Of a DNA stretch of 64,000 nucleotides, positions 14,100 to 30,711 are shown in pieces. Position numbers and translations under genes: made by a program. The first letter of the stretch is position 1. Each line of letters opens with the position of its first letter. The DNA lies in NCBI RefSeq assembly GCF_009914755.1, contig NC_060944.1; one strand, written 5' to 3'. This DNA comes from the human T2T-CHM13v2.0 reference genome, Homo sapiens. Under the pieces are notes generated by a model, which worked only from the letters and a program-made list of their open reading frames with translations, was not told the origin of the DNA and did no database searches.

Positions 14100-15361
14100 G
14101 TAACATTTTGATTCAAAAAAGGAAGTAAAAGGAAGACAGTTGATTACATTTGGCTACTGACATTAATAATAATAAATAATAATTGTACTTGTAATATAAA
14201 CATCTGAAAGTTTTAGTTCTAAGAATGGCTGTCCACATAAGAAAATTATGTAAAAATAATTAATGTCTATTATAATTTATTTAACCAAAGAAAAAGTATA
14301 ATTTAAAGATGACTCTTTAAGGATCAAATTGCAACAATTGGTAAAAGTAGATATTAGTCATATTTATTAAGTGACACACAGTAATACTGAAGGCACTTAT
14401 TTCTCAAGAAACATCATTTTTTCCAAAAAAGAACATACTACATCCTAAACATGAAATGAAAATAAGCTTTAATTTTCACCACAGGAGGGCGACAGTCAGA
14501 GAACTGAGGTAGTACAGATCCATTAGAGGACCATATCCATGAGTCTATCAGTCTCTACTGTAGGACAGAGCAAGAATTTTTAAAGAATCTCGGTGAAGGC
14601 TCCTTTTCAAAAAAATACAAAGATTAAAGCCTTTGAAACGTAAATTATTTTTTCCAGTTATTACATTGAGGACAAAGTTATATTGCAAAGTTAAGATTTT
14701 TATAACTATCCCTAAAATTGATTCTCAGTGACTCCCTTGATCTACATATGTTAAGGAAAAAGTCAAGATGAAGATGTGTTAAATATTTTCCAGTTTTTAA
14801 TAATCAGTTTTAATATAAGGTATACCCAAATAATGGTTAATTAAATGACAATGAAAGTATGTTATAGCAGATGCTCACTCATCAACATGCCTTGAAATTA
14901 AAAGTTTATAAAGTGCATAAGGGCAAAGTTTTTGATGTTGCCATTACATTCACAAAAGTATCTGAGGCACGTACAGCATGAAGTTCACTAAGTGCTTGCA
15001 ACATAACCAGCACTAAATTTTGTTGAATAAATACATGAATACTTTTGTATAGCATCTGTTCAAAATCTCTGAGGTAAAAATGAAAATAATCAGAAAATAT
15101 GCAAAACTGAAATTTCCCACATACGGCTGCCAATTCGTACAAACAATAAGATGAATTTCAAAATGAGAACATGACAATAAAATCAAGTTTCAAAATGCCT
15201 GGCCTTTTTTTTAGCAAAACCCATGTTCAAAAAAAGGAATAAGACATCAAATGTTTTGAGAACCAAAATTTTACTGCTGCTTTTCTAACACCCTGTTGTT
15301 AACCTGAGCCCCCATCCTCTTACTGTCAATAACAGATTTTCATCATCAAATACAAGAAACA

Positions 15362-18852
<3,491 letters not shown>

Positions 18853-19560
18853 AAAAAGTCAAGAAACAATAGATGCTGGCAAGGCTGTGGAGAAATAAAC
18901 ACTTTTACACTGTTGGTAGAAATGTTAATTAGTTCAATCATTGTGGAAGACAGTTTGGCAATTCTGCAAGGATCTAGAACCAGAAATACCATTTGACCCA
19001 GAAATCCCATTACTGGGTATATATCCAAAGGACTATAAATCATTCTATTATAAAGATGCATGCACGGGTATGTTTATATCGGCACTATTCCCATTAGGAA
19101 AAACATGGAATCAATCCAAATGCCCATCAGTGATAGACTGGATAAAGAAAATGTGGTACATACACGCCATGCAATACTGTGCAACCATAAAAAGGAATGA
19201 GATCATGCCTTTTGCAGGGTCATGAATGAATCTGGAAACCATCATCTTCAGCAAACTAATACAGGAACAGAAGACCAAACACCACATGTTCTCATTCATA
19301 AGTGGGAGCTGAATAATGAGAACACCTGGACACAGGGAGGGGAAGAACACACACTGGGGCCTGTCAGTGGGGACGGGGAGGGAGAGCATCAGGATAAATA
19401 GCTAACGCATGTGGGGCTTAATACCTAGGCACCTAGGCAGTGGGTTGATAGGTATAGCAAATCATCATAGTGCACGTTTACCTACGTAACAAACCTGCAT
19501 CTCCTGCACATGTATCCTGGAACTTAAAATAAAATTTAAAAAAAAATAAAAAGAAAACAG
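18853..19560 (+). mobile_element. Older L1PA 3' end
   Basis: Second, more diverged copy of the ORF2 end and 3' UTR (GGAGAGCATCAGGATAAATAGCTAA) with A tail. Confidence 0.88.
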
Positions 19561-19571
19561 AAGAGTACTGA

Positions 19572-19980
19572 AAATTGGCTCACAGTTCCACAGCCTGTAC
19601 AGCAAGCATGATGCTGACATCTGCTCGGCTTCTGGGGAGGACTCAGGAAACTTAACAATCATGGTGGAAGGGAAAGCAAGAGCAGGAGGAAGAGAGAGAG
19701 GGGGAAGATCCTACACACTTTAAACAACAAGATCTCTTGAGAACTCTATCACAAGAGCAGTGCTAGAGGGATTATGCTTATCCATTAGAAACTGCTCCCA
19801 TGGACCAGCCACCTCCCAGCAGGCCCCATCTCCGACAGTGGGAACCACTGGAGGCTGCTCCCATGGACCAGCCACCTTCCAGCAGGCCCCTTCTCCGACA
19901 CTGGGAACCACTGGAAACTGCTCCCATGGACCAGCCACCTCCCAGCAGGCTCCATCTCCGACACTGGGGATTACATTTCT
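19572..19980. mobile_element. MST (MaLR) LTR with internal 63-bp triplication
   Basis: ATTGGCTCACAGTTCCAC...AAGCATGATGCTGACATCTGCTCGGCTTCTGGGGAGG...; repeat units begin at 19792, 19855 and 19918. Confidence 0.85.
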
Positions 19981-19984
19981 ATAG

Positions 19985-20715
19985 AAGTTTTCAATAATTT
20001 TGGAACACATACTAATAATATATTTATAAAAATACAGTCCAAAGTAGACCAAACACCATTCACTCTCCTATTTGAAAGTTTTCCCTCTTCTAATATCACA
20101 ATCTCCAGCGTCATTAATCAGAATCCTGCATTTAAGGGCATCTGTTAAATTTTATAGCTGATTATAAAACCATCATTTAAAGAGGACCAAAATGAGACAA
20201 CAATTGTCTGTGGATGATAAAAACATTAAGGGTAGCCACAGTTAAACACACGAACAACAGCCTTTAAAGTAGAATTTGCTTTAGAGCCTATTATGAGGGA
20301 GATATTTTTAGTTATTACCTCTTATATTCTAAACCATGGAAAAAGGGACTATCAAATTAAGTCCTTCTAGAAGAGTGAAGGGCTCCTGGCAATGTTTTCT
20401 TTAATCCATGATGTGGGATAAATGGAGTTTTGACTGATTATGAGGCAATGTATATACCACTAAAGTTTCAACACCCTAAAAGGGAAAAAAGGGGGTGAGA
20501 GAAGTCCTGGAAGAACCAGATGGAGCCGTAGCAGAAGGTGATTTCAATCCACTGACCCCTGAATTGTGGGCTGCTTGTGCTGCATCGCTCTGTGACTTAT
20601 GGTTCTGCCGCAACAAAGATCTAATTTCCAGGGTTATAGGAAAAGACACCTGTGGTACCCCTGAGGCAGAGAGAAGGGAGAAATCCAAACCTGACTTAAG
20701 TCTAGGGTTCTAAAA
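19985..20715 (-). mobile_element. ERV1 MER4-group internal remnant including degraded env
   Basis: Minus frames give HHGLKKTLPGALHSS and PWFRI*EVITKNISLIIGSKANSTLKA, which resemble the env SU/TM boundary of MER4-type elements. Confidence 0.6.
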
Positions 20716-20842
20716 TGACACAATCTGCTCACAAGGAGGACCTTAACTCTGAAGACACTGATTTGGGTCTGTTTCAAAGAAAGAAATTATAAATATGAGT
20801 GGGAAAGAGAACAACCTTCCCCATATCCAGCGGCAAAAAAAT

Positions 20843-21230
20843 GAGGGAAAGGGAAGGAAGGAAGTAAGGAGGGAAGGAAGGAGAGAGGGAAGGAAGGAAG
20901 GAAGTAGGGAGGGAGGGAGGGATGGAAGGAAGGAAGGAAGGAGAGAGGGAAGGAAGGAATGAAGGAAGGAAGGAGAGAGGAAAGGAGGGTAGGAAGGAAG
21001 GAAAGAAGGAAGAGAGGGAAGGAAGGAAGGAGGGAGGGAAGGAAGGAAGGAGAGAGGGAAGGAAGGAAGGAAGGAAGAAAGGAAGGAAAGAGGGAAGGAG
21101 AAGGAAGGCAGGAAGGAAGGAAGGAAGAAAGGAAGGAAAGAGGGAAGGAGAAGGAAGGCAGGAAGGAAGGAAGGAAAGAGGGAAGGAAGGAAGGAAATAT
21201 GGAAAGAAGGAAGGAAGGAAGGGAAGGAAC
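20843..21230. repeat. (GGAA)n/GA-rich polypurine tract
   Basis: Almost pure purine; 21071-21120 is repeated exactly at 21121-21170. Confidence 0.97.
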
Positions 21231-21704
21231 TTGGATATGCACAAAAACAAAATTTAAATTAAAACGGAAGTCTATCATCTGACCTAATTGGACATGTACT
21301 ATTTTCTAAAACAATTTATACAGTCCAAAGATAAAAGTGTGCTGATTGGTATTTGTAACTCTCCAGCATATATTCTGAATCAATTTTAACATCTGCTGAA
21401 ATCTACCAATTGGCATACCTTCACAAACTTAATCAATACTGGAGCTCAAACTTTGTTATACCTGAGATTTCACTAAATTTAAACATTGCATCCCCTAATC
21501 CTAGCAGAGTAACTGCATATAGAATAGAGGACACATAGTTATGCCTCACATTTTTTACCTTGACTAAATTTCCAGTAGTCGTAGAAGCCTTTGTCCATAG
21601 GGGACCTGGATGCTCTGAACTAATGAGTAACAAATTGATATTAAATCATTTGCACTTACACATTGACTTCACCAAATGTAACCTTACAGAACTCCCTCTC
21701 CTGT

Positions 21705-22027
21705 TTTTTTTTTAAATTTGATTTATTTTTAATTTTTCATTTTTTTAGAGATGAGGTTTTGCTCCACTACCCCGGCTGAATGAAGTGTGGTGGCACAATC
21801 ATAGCTCACTGCTGCCTTGAACTCCTGGGCTCAAGCAATCCTCCCATTTTAGCCTTCCAAGTAGCTGGGATTACAGGCATGCACCAACACAGCCAATTAA
21901 AAAAAATTATAGAAGTGGAGTCTTGCTATGTGGCTTAGGCTGGTCTCTAACTTCTGGCCTCAAGCAATCCTCCTGCCTCGGCCTACCAAAGTGCTGGGAT
22001 TACAGGTGTGGGCCATCGTGCCCAGCC
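21705..22027 (-). mobile_element. AluJ
   Basis: T-rich tail then diverged Alu dimer. Confidence 0.88.
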
Positions 22028-22285
22028 TCCCCATCTTGATAAATTAGCAAATATAGTCCAACATAAATTACAACATGACTTCAAATAAATAAAACTTATT
22101 ATATAAGACCTAATTAATTAGTGAAGGGGTGATAATTCTCATTGCTTCAACGTTTAGCAGTAGAATTTGGCCTTTTCTTAAACCTGCAAATAATAAATGG
22201 TGTTTCACAGTGGATTGCTGTAATGTGACTGCAGTGCTCCCATCCATTAAGGCCCTCGTACCCAAATGCCTAATATTGTGGTTAA

Positions 22286-24800
22286 TTTTTTTTTTATTTC
22301 AATAGGTTTTTGGGAAACAGGTGGTGTTTGGTTACAGGAATAAGTTCTTTAGTGGCAATTTCTGAGATTTGTGGTGCACCTATCATCCAAGCAGTGTACA
22401 CTGTACCCAATGCGTAGTGTTTCATCCCTCACTGCACCCACCCCACCACTGCCAGCCTTTCCCTGAGTCCCCGAAGACCATTGTATCATTCTTATGCCTT
22501 TACATCCTCATAGCTTAGCTCTCACTTATGAATGAGAATACACAATGTTTGGTTTTCCATTCCTAAGTTGCTTCATTTAGAATAATGGTGTCCAGTTTCA
22601 TCCAGGTTGCTATGAATGCATTATTTCATTCCATCTTATGGCTGAGTAGTATTCCATGTGGTAAATATTTATACCACATTTTATTTATCCACTTACTGAT
22701 TGATGGGCATTTAGGCTGGTTTCAAATTCTTCCAATTGCATATTGTGCTGCTATAAACATGCGTGTGCAAGTATCTTTTTCATATAATGGTTTATTTTCC
22801 TCTGAGTAGATACCCAGGAGTGGAATTACTGGATCAAATGATAGATCTGCTTTTAGTTCTTTGGAAATTTCCTCACTGTTTTCCATAGCTGTTGTACTAG
22901 CTTACATTCCCTCCAAAAAGTGTAAAAGTGTTCCCTTTTTACCACATCCATGCCAACATCTATTAATTTTTGATTTTTTGATTATGACCATTCTTGCAGG
23001 AGTGAAGGGGTATCATATTGTATTGTGGTTTTGATTTGCATTTCCCAGATAATTAGTTATGTTGAACATTTTTTCATGTGTTTGTTGGCCAGTTGCTTAT
23101 CTTCTTTTGAGAATTGTCTGTTCATGTCCTTAGCCCACTTTTTGATGGGATGTTTTTCTTGCTGGTTTGTTTGAGTTCCTTGCAGATTCTGGGTATTAGT
23201 CCTTTAATCAGAAGTACAGATTACGAAGATTTTCTCCCACTCTGTAGGTTATCTGTTTACTCTGCGGATTATTTCTCTTACTGCGCAGAAGCCTTTGAGT
23301 TTAATTAAGTCTCATCTATTTATCTTTGTTTTAGTCGCTTTTGCTTTTTGGGTTATTGGTCATGAAGTCTTTGCCTAAGCCAATGTCTAGAAGGGTTTTT
23401 CCAATGTTGTCTTCTAGAATTTTTATGGTTTCAGATATTAGATTTAAGTCCTTGATCCATCTTGAGTTGATTTTTGAATAGGGTGAAAAATGAGCATCCA
23501 CTTTCATTCTTCTATGTGTGGCTTGCCATTTATCTCAGCACCATTTGTTGAATAGGGTATTCTTTCTCTGCTTTATGTTTTTGTTTGTTTTGTTGAAGAT
23601 TAGATGACTGTAAGTATTTGGCTTTATTTCTGGGTTCTCTATTATGTTCCATTGATCTATATGGCTATTTTTATACCAGTACCATGCTGTTTTGGTGACT
23701 ATGGCCTTCTAGTATAGTTTGAAGTCGGCTTCTAGATTTGTTCTTTTTGCTTAGTCTTGCTTTGGCTATACAGACTCTTTTTTGGTTCTAGGCTTTTACT
23801 ACCTTAAGGTATGTCCCTTCTATATCTTTTTTAGTTCCATGTGAATTTTTGTAGTTCTGTGAAGACTGATGTTGGTACTTTAATGGGGATTGCATTGAGT
23901 TTGTAGATTGCTTTTGGCAGTATGGTATTTTCACAATATTGATGTTACCCATCCGTAAGCATGGGATGTGTTTCCATTTTTTTGTATCTATGATTTCTAT
24001 CAGCAGTGTTTTATAGTTTTCCTTGTAGACGTCTTTTGTCTTTTTGGTTAAGCATTCCAGATATAATTAAGATTTTGTCTGCAAAGATTGCATGCAATTG
24101 ACAATTATAGGAATATACTATTATAATTATAGGAATTATAATATTCCTAAGGTTTTTATTGCAGCTATTGTAAAATGGGTTGAGTTTTTTATATAATTCT
24201 CAGCTTGTTCACTATTACTGTATAGCAGAGCCACTGACTTGTGTACATTAATTTTGTATCCTGAAACTTTGCTGAATTCATTTACCAGTTCTAGTAGCTT
24301 TTGGGATGAGTCTTTAGGGTTTTTTAGGTATACGATCATGTCATCAGCAAAGAGTGACAGTTCGATTTCCTCTTTACCGATTTGGATGCCCTTTATTTCT
24401 TATCTGATCGTTCTGGCGAGGACTTCTAGTACTGTGTTGAATAGAAGTGGTGAAAGTTGGCATCATTGTCTTGTTCCAGTTCTCAGGGGGAATGCTTTCA
24501 ACTTTTCCCCATTCCATATAATGTTGTCTGTGTTTGTCATATATGGCTTTTATTACCTTAAGGTATGTCCCTTCGATGTTGATTTTGCTGAGGGTTTTAA
24601 TCACAAAGGGATTCTGGATTTTGTAAAATGCTTTTTCTATGTCAGTTTTGCTGAGGGTTTTAGGCATAAAGGGATGCTGGATTTTGTCAAATCCTTTTTC
24701 TGCATGTATTGAGATGATCATGTGATTTTTGTTTTTAATTCTATTTATATGGTGTATCACATTTATTGACTTGCAGATATTTAACCATCCTGCATCCCTG
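22286..24800 (-). mobile_element. 5'-truncated L1 (L1PB-like)
   Basis: Poly-T, 3' UTR TTCAATAGGTTTTTGGGAAACAGGTGGTGTTTGGTTACA; minus-strand ORF2 fragments ([11 protein letters not shown]..., [16 protein letters not shown]). Confidence 0.9.
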
Positions 24801-24834
24801 ATTTGTCTTCAGATCGTATACATCTTTCGCCTTA

Positions 24835-25260
24835 TGATGGTTAATTTTATTTGCCAAGTTGGGTTGCCTAGATATTTGGTTAAACACTCTGGATGTGTCT
24901 GTGAGGGTGTTCCTTGATGAGACGAACATTTGAATATGTAGACTTAGTAAAGTAGTTGCCCTCCCCAGTGTGAGTGGGCCTCATCCAATCCATTAAAACC
25001 CAAATAAAACACAAGGGTAGAGGAAGAGAGAATTCACTCTCTGATGATTTCAGAGCTGAGACATAGATCTTCTCTCGCCTTTGAAGTCAGACGTGGACTG
25101 TAACTTATGCCATCAGCTTTCCTGGTTCTCAGGACTTTAGGCTTGGACTGGAACTCCAACATTGGCAGTCCTGGGTCTCCAGCTTGCTGACTGCAGGTCC
25201 TGGGACTTCTTGGCCTTCATAACCACATGAGCCAATTCCTTACAATAAACCTATATATAT
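24835..25260 (+). mobile_element. MLT2 (ERVL) LTR, 3' end missing
   Basis: TGATGGTTAATTTTAT...GATGTGTCTGTGAGGGTGTT...GTGGGCCTCATCCAATCC...CATGAGCCAATTCCTTACAATAAA. Confidence 0.85.
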
Positions 25261-25713
25261 TCATGCAACTGATAAATATTTTGTTGTTACAGATTTGGCT
25301 ACCATGTTCTTTTTGTGCCTATTTTAACAGAGTCTCAGTCATAGCCTGCCTTCATCTCTGAAGGGACCAGGTGACCCACGGAGTGCCTCGGCAGCCTTGT
25401 TATTGCATGCAATCTTCACAGACAAGATCTCACTGCAACCAGGTTTCTACAGGAGCACAGGTGTGACATTATAGTGATGACATCATTCTCAGAGAAAATT
25501 CATTTTACGCACTAAGGACACACAGATACAAGGAGGCTTACACAAAGGGAATGGACCTTTCCACAACACAGATGTGCAAGGCCCTGCCACTTTGCTTCAA
25601 TTCCTGAAAATTCCTTGGTAAACATGGAGCTACTCTATTCCTGACACTTTCAAGAAATAGTTATTGATCCTCTCAGCGTCCACAATGTTAATACAAGCCC
25701 AACATTCTTTAAT

Positions 25714-26014
25714 TTGTGTTTTGTTTTTTGGAGGCACAGTCTTGCTCTGTCACCCAGGCTGGTATGAAGTGGCACGATTTCAGCTCACTGCAGCCTCGAC
25801 CTCCTGAGCTCTAGCAATTCTCCCATCTCGGCCTTCCAAGTAGCTAGGACTGCAGGTGTGTGCCACCACACTCAGCTAATTTTGTTTATTTTTTTGTAGA
25901 GAAAACGTCTCGCTATGTTACCCAGACTGGTCTCAAACTCCTGGGCTGAAGCGATCCTCTTACCTCGGCCTCCCAAAGTTCTGGGATTACAGGTGTCAGC
26001 CACTGTTCCCAGCC
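25714..26014 (-). mobile_element. AluJ
   Basis: Diverged antisense Alu dimer. Confidence 0.88.
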
Positions 26015-27402
26015 CTTTAATTCTTTACTTGGGGTTCAGGTGACAACATATTTCTTATTTACAAATCTTACTTAATCTCACTGATGCTTTCTGTCATTGG
26101 CTAACTGATCCACCTTGAATGAAGCCTCCTCCAACAAGTCTGGAATCTGTCCAAATCTAAATTAACAGGTGCGCCTATGAATTCCCTCAGAGAACACACT
26201 GTGGATGCTTTAGCAACCTCTTACCATGCCTCCTGAAGTATCTGGATTGCATATGGTGGCCATAAGTAGTCCATGGGCTTCTGATGTAAAAAACAAACCT
26301 GCCCCTTTTCACTGTGTTCTGTACAGCATCAGGGCAGTTATTGCTGACCACATACTGGACCCTCTGGAAACAGAGGGCTCTGCATCCATGTCCACGAGCC
26401 TTCATGCCCATCTGGCCATCAGGCCTTGGGAAGCAGCACCCCACAGCCTTGGCACAGCTACAGAGACCTCCTTGCCTCAGGATGGAGTCAAACCTGGACC
26501 CCCTGCCATTCTCATCTGCAGGAAACACTGGCCTCCTTCATCCTCAGGCTGTGTTGCTGGAAGTCACCCATCTCCGAGGCCCCTTGGGATCGACTGAGTG
26601 ACCAGCAGTGAAGTTCATCCACCTTCTGAATGGATGCCATCATCTGAAGTGATGGAGCTCAGTGGGATGTTGTTGCGGTCTTCCCTCCCTTAGCCAGGAT
26701 GTCCCTGATAAAGGATGACACCCAAGCCTCAGCACAACTGGCCAAACTTGAGGTGGTCATCTCAGCACTGATGCTGGGCCAACAATTAGCCCCATTTGTA
26801 CATTTTTACAAATTTTTGGCAATTGCCAAGAATTATCCACCTTCCCTCCCCATTGAATTAAAGAAACTTCTTGCCTCATGGATACTCAGAATACAATCAA
26901 GGTAACAGATGCCTTTTTTTTAACGAAGGACACAGTACAGATCTCACAGGGACACTCCTTATCCCCTGCAGAGTTCCTGACACTACTGATGGTGACCAAG
27001 GCAACATTTCATCAGAAAACACAGTGCTAGGCTTGTGAAAGTGTCTAGTAGGGCTTCCACTGCCCCTATAGGCTGCAGGCAGCTGCTTTAGTTGAGAGAT
27101 AGACTGAGCTCCTCAAAGAATTCCTATTTAAGTTACAAAGCAGCGACTGGATGCCCTGCTGGGTTTCACTGTTGCCACAGGCTTTGATTACTCTAAGTTC
27201 ATGCTTCTTAGGAAAGTGCACTTTTTACACCAATGCTACACAGTTCCCTCAGTTGCCTTTACTGGACATCAAGGAGTTCACATTTTTGACAACCATTCAG
27301 TCCTGGACTGTCCAAGGGGTGGAGCTAGCTCAGTACAGGAAGCTGCCTGCTGCGTGTGGATCAGTAATATCAGACTTGCCCAACAACTCACTGGAGACAT
27401 GA

Positions 27403-27558
27403 AAACCAATGCATGGGGGATGCATGACGTCACCCAAATAATTATGAACACTCTTGTGCTGCCAGAGACCCCAGATCTCTAAACCAATGCATGAGGAATG
27501 CATGACATCACCCAAATATTTACAAACACGCTTATTCTGCCAGAGACCCCAGATCACT
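27403..27558. repeat. 78-bp tandem duplication
   Basis: AAACCAATGCATG...GCCAGAGACCCCAGATC starts at 27403 and 27481. Confidence 0.9.
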
Positions 27559-28724
27559 TTTCCTGCCTCCTGCTAAATAAATGGGGGCAGTAGCTTTGCA
27601 TCGGCTTCCACATTACATTACTCATAACTGTGGCCTTCCTAATCTCTCATGTCCCTAAACACTTATTACAATGTCTCAGCAGCTTTCGCTCAGCCTCTCA
27701 AAATATTAGTCATTACGAAAATAAATGTCTGATGTTAAAGCATCAGGGGTCAATTGTATTGTGACACCTAAAATTTCATGCAGCACCCCACCATGTCCTC
27801 AGCCTAATGGCTTTCATGCCCCCACCAGACTGCAAAACTCTGAATTAGTCAAGCACATCCCTGAAGGGACGAGGGGTTACCCCACCCTCTGATTTCTACC
27901 AAGCCTGCCTCCCACACCCTCTGTTCTAGAGTGCAACACTGGGTAGACCTGCATAAATGCAGTGTCATCCCCCACTGGGCTGAATATGTGTGATGAGTAA
28001 ATTACTGGGAATTTCGTCTGCTCAGTGTTTGTTTTGTCTGCAGCCATTCCCAGAATTCTAGGGCAAGACTAGCTTCTTCGCCAGTGGGGTGAACAGGAAG
28101 GAACCCGAGTGGGAATTGCGTTTTAAAAAAAATCCCTTCCCACCCTCTTAATTATGTAATGCACGCATTTTTATAGCTTTTTTGCTCATTCCATTACCTG
28201 AGGCCAGCCACTGATATTTAACCCCTCCTTAGCCTCGGAGGAGGGCAGAGGAGCACTGGTCATATTGATTTTCCTAGCGGTGACATGATTTCCTCCTGTG
28301 CCACTCAAATTCTCTCCTTCTTTAACTTGATGCTCAGTAGGTTGTGTTTCACTCGTCTTTGCAGATTGTTAGGAAGATGAGAATCAGCTTTCATTTGTGG
28401 TGTTGCCATAGAGAAGACTCCATGGTAATCTCTTTGCACAATCAACTTTTTCTTTTCCCCCAGAAATTGCAAATTCTTATGTGAGAGACAGCTTTCTGGA
28501 GTCTGCAAACATAGATTATCGTCTCTCTTTTGATGGTAAATTTCTTATATCCCCACAAACAATGAAATACTTACATATAATTTTGGCATGTCATATTGAT
28601 TGCCAACTACACGTAAGAACATTCCTTGATTTTAAATCTAGACTAATTATGAAAATTAAGGTAGTCACAAAAAATTATTGTGTACAAATTTATAGACCTT
28701 AGGATTAAATGAGTTACTATTAAC

Positions 28725-28950
28725 TAATATTTATTGTGCAGTCAGTGTATGGCAGAAGCTTACTATGTACTATTTCATTTTATACTTAAAACAATATTCT
28801 ATGCAAAATGCTATAATTTCCCCATGCCTCCAATTTGGACATGATAAAACTGGGTCTCGTAAACTTTTCACCCCAGAGTTCTCTGCTTAGTAAGAAGTAG
28901 AAGTAAGTCTAAACCTAAGTTATCTGATTTCAGAGCCCATATAGTTAAAT
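28725..28950 (-). mobile_element. MIR remnant
   Basis: TATTTATTG...ATTTCCCCAT...GATAAAACTGGGTCTC...TCTGATTTCAGAGCCCAT. Confidence 0.6.
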
Positions 28951-28966
28951 GCTCTAAATGCAGCTT

Positions 28967-29805
28967 CCCATGGTGATGGTGACTATGAGAGCCTGTCACA
29001 TGATGTAGGACAGTGCTTCCCTGTAACGTGTGCAAGATTCCTGTGATGATGGTGACTGTGAGAGCCTGTCACATATGATGTAGGACAGTGCTTCCCTGTA
29101 ACGTGTGCAAGATTCCCCTGATGATAGTGACTACGAGAGCCTGTCAGATACGATGTAGGACAATGCTTCCCTGTAACATGCACAAGATTCCCATGATGAT
29201 GGTGACGATGAGAACCTGTCACATATGATGTTGGACAGTGCTTCCCTGTAACACGAGCAAGATTCCCATGACTATGGTCATGGGAATGGTGACTATGACA
29301 GCCTGTCACATATGATGTTCGACAGTGCTTCCCTGTAACATGCACAAGATTTCCATGATGATAGTGCTATGAGAGCCTTTCACATATGATGTAGGACAGT
29401 GTTTCCCTGTAACATGCACAAGATTGCCCTGATGATGGTGACTGTGAAAGCCTGTCACATATGATGTTGGACAGTGCTTCCCTGTAACATGTACAAGATT
29501 CCCGTGATGATGGTGACTATGAGAGCCTGTCACATATGATGTAGGACGGTGCTTCCCTGTAACATATACAAGATTCCCGTGATGATGGTGACTATGAGAG
29601 CCTGTCACATATGATGTAGGACAGTGCTTCCTCTGTAACACGCACAGGATTCCCGTGATGATTGTGACTATGAGAGCCTGTCTGATACGATGTAGGACAG
29701 TGCTTCCCTGTAACATGCACAAGATTCCCGTGATGATGGTGACTATGAGAGCCTGTCACATATGATGTAGGACAGTGCTTCCCTGTAACATGCCTAAGAT
29801 TCACC
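28967..29805. repeat. 75-bp minisatellite, about 11 copies
   Basis: Unit CCCGTGATGATGGTGACTATGAGAGCCTGTCACATATGATGTAGGACAGTGCTTCCCTGTAACATGCACAAGATT; unit starts at 29501 and 29576. Confidence 0.97.
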
Positions 29806-29856
29806 CTGGAAGCTTATTAAAATGCAAACTCATAGACCACACTTTGACTAGCTAAG
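29773..29856 (+). mobile_element. Internally deleted MER5B-like element
   Basis: CAGTGCTTCC...GATTCACCCTGGAAGCTTATTAAAATGCA...GACCACACTTTGACTAGC. Confidence 0.65.
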
Positions 29857-30398
29857 ACAAGAGCATTTAAATGGATGTCCAGGTGACAGTGCTAAGATCC
29901 TACTGTTCATGTGGGCATTGGCTCACCATATGAACGAAACTTAGGACCTCCAGTTCCTGCTGGAAAAGAAATACAGATACATAGGATGTGACTGTGCATA
30001 TGGAATATCTGTTGTGTTCTCAACATTGTACTAGACACTAGAGATAAAAAGTCAAATATCCCTTGCCTCTTTCTGAAAGGAGCTTCCTACACAGTGGTTT
30101 CTGACTGCAGTGTATATTTTCTCTTCTGTCCTGGGTGGGTGAGCTCTATCTCAATGTTGGTAACTGAACACTGCCCAGTGGGTTTGACGGGGGAGACCAT
30201 AGCTGGCTGCGCTCCCACATAGCTATGACCATAGCATAGCTCGTGATGCCATTTCCGCCTTCTCAAAAGGCTCCCTCCAGTATCATACACACTCTTCATG
30301 ATTATAAATTCTTCCTCCTTCCACTAAATGTTCCCAAATCTTGCAAAGATAAAAACATAAACCACATTCTTGTCATAATTGTTATATATTAATGATGA

Positions 30399-30711
<313 letters not shown>

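Larger units (their letters stand above)
21250..28105 (+). mobile_element. Ancient ERVL provirus remnant (HERVL40-like), interrupted
   Basis: Protease LINTGAQ (NTGAQ 21435-21449); RT start about 22030-22285; RT KYFVVTDLATMFF about 25270 and YSDD 25470-25481; RNaseH-region QLLLTTYWTL and SAQLAKLEVVISAL; integrase DGDQG and FHCPYRLQAAALVER*TELLKEFL about 26980-27200; candidate 3' LTR about 27755-28105. Confidence 0.8.

Noticed and set aside
20774-21282. PSFL / GRKE repeat ORFs
   Set aside because: Translation of the GGAA microsatellite.
28967-29805. CRISPR-like array
   Set aside because: Whole units repeat with no unique spacers, in a eukaryotic context with no cas genes.
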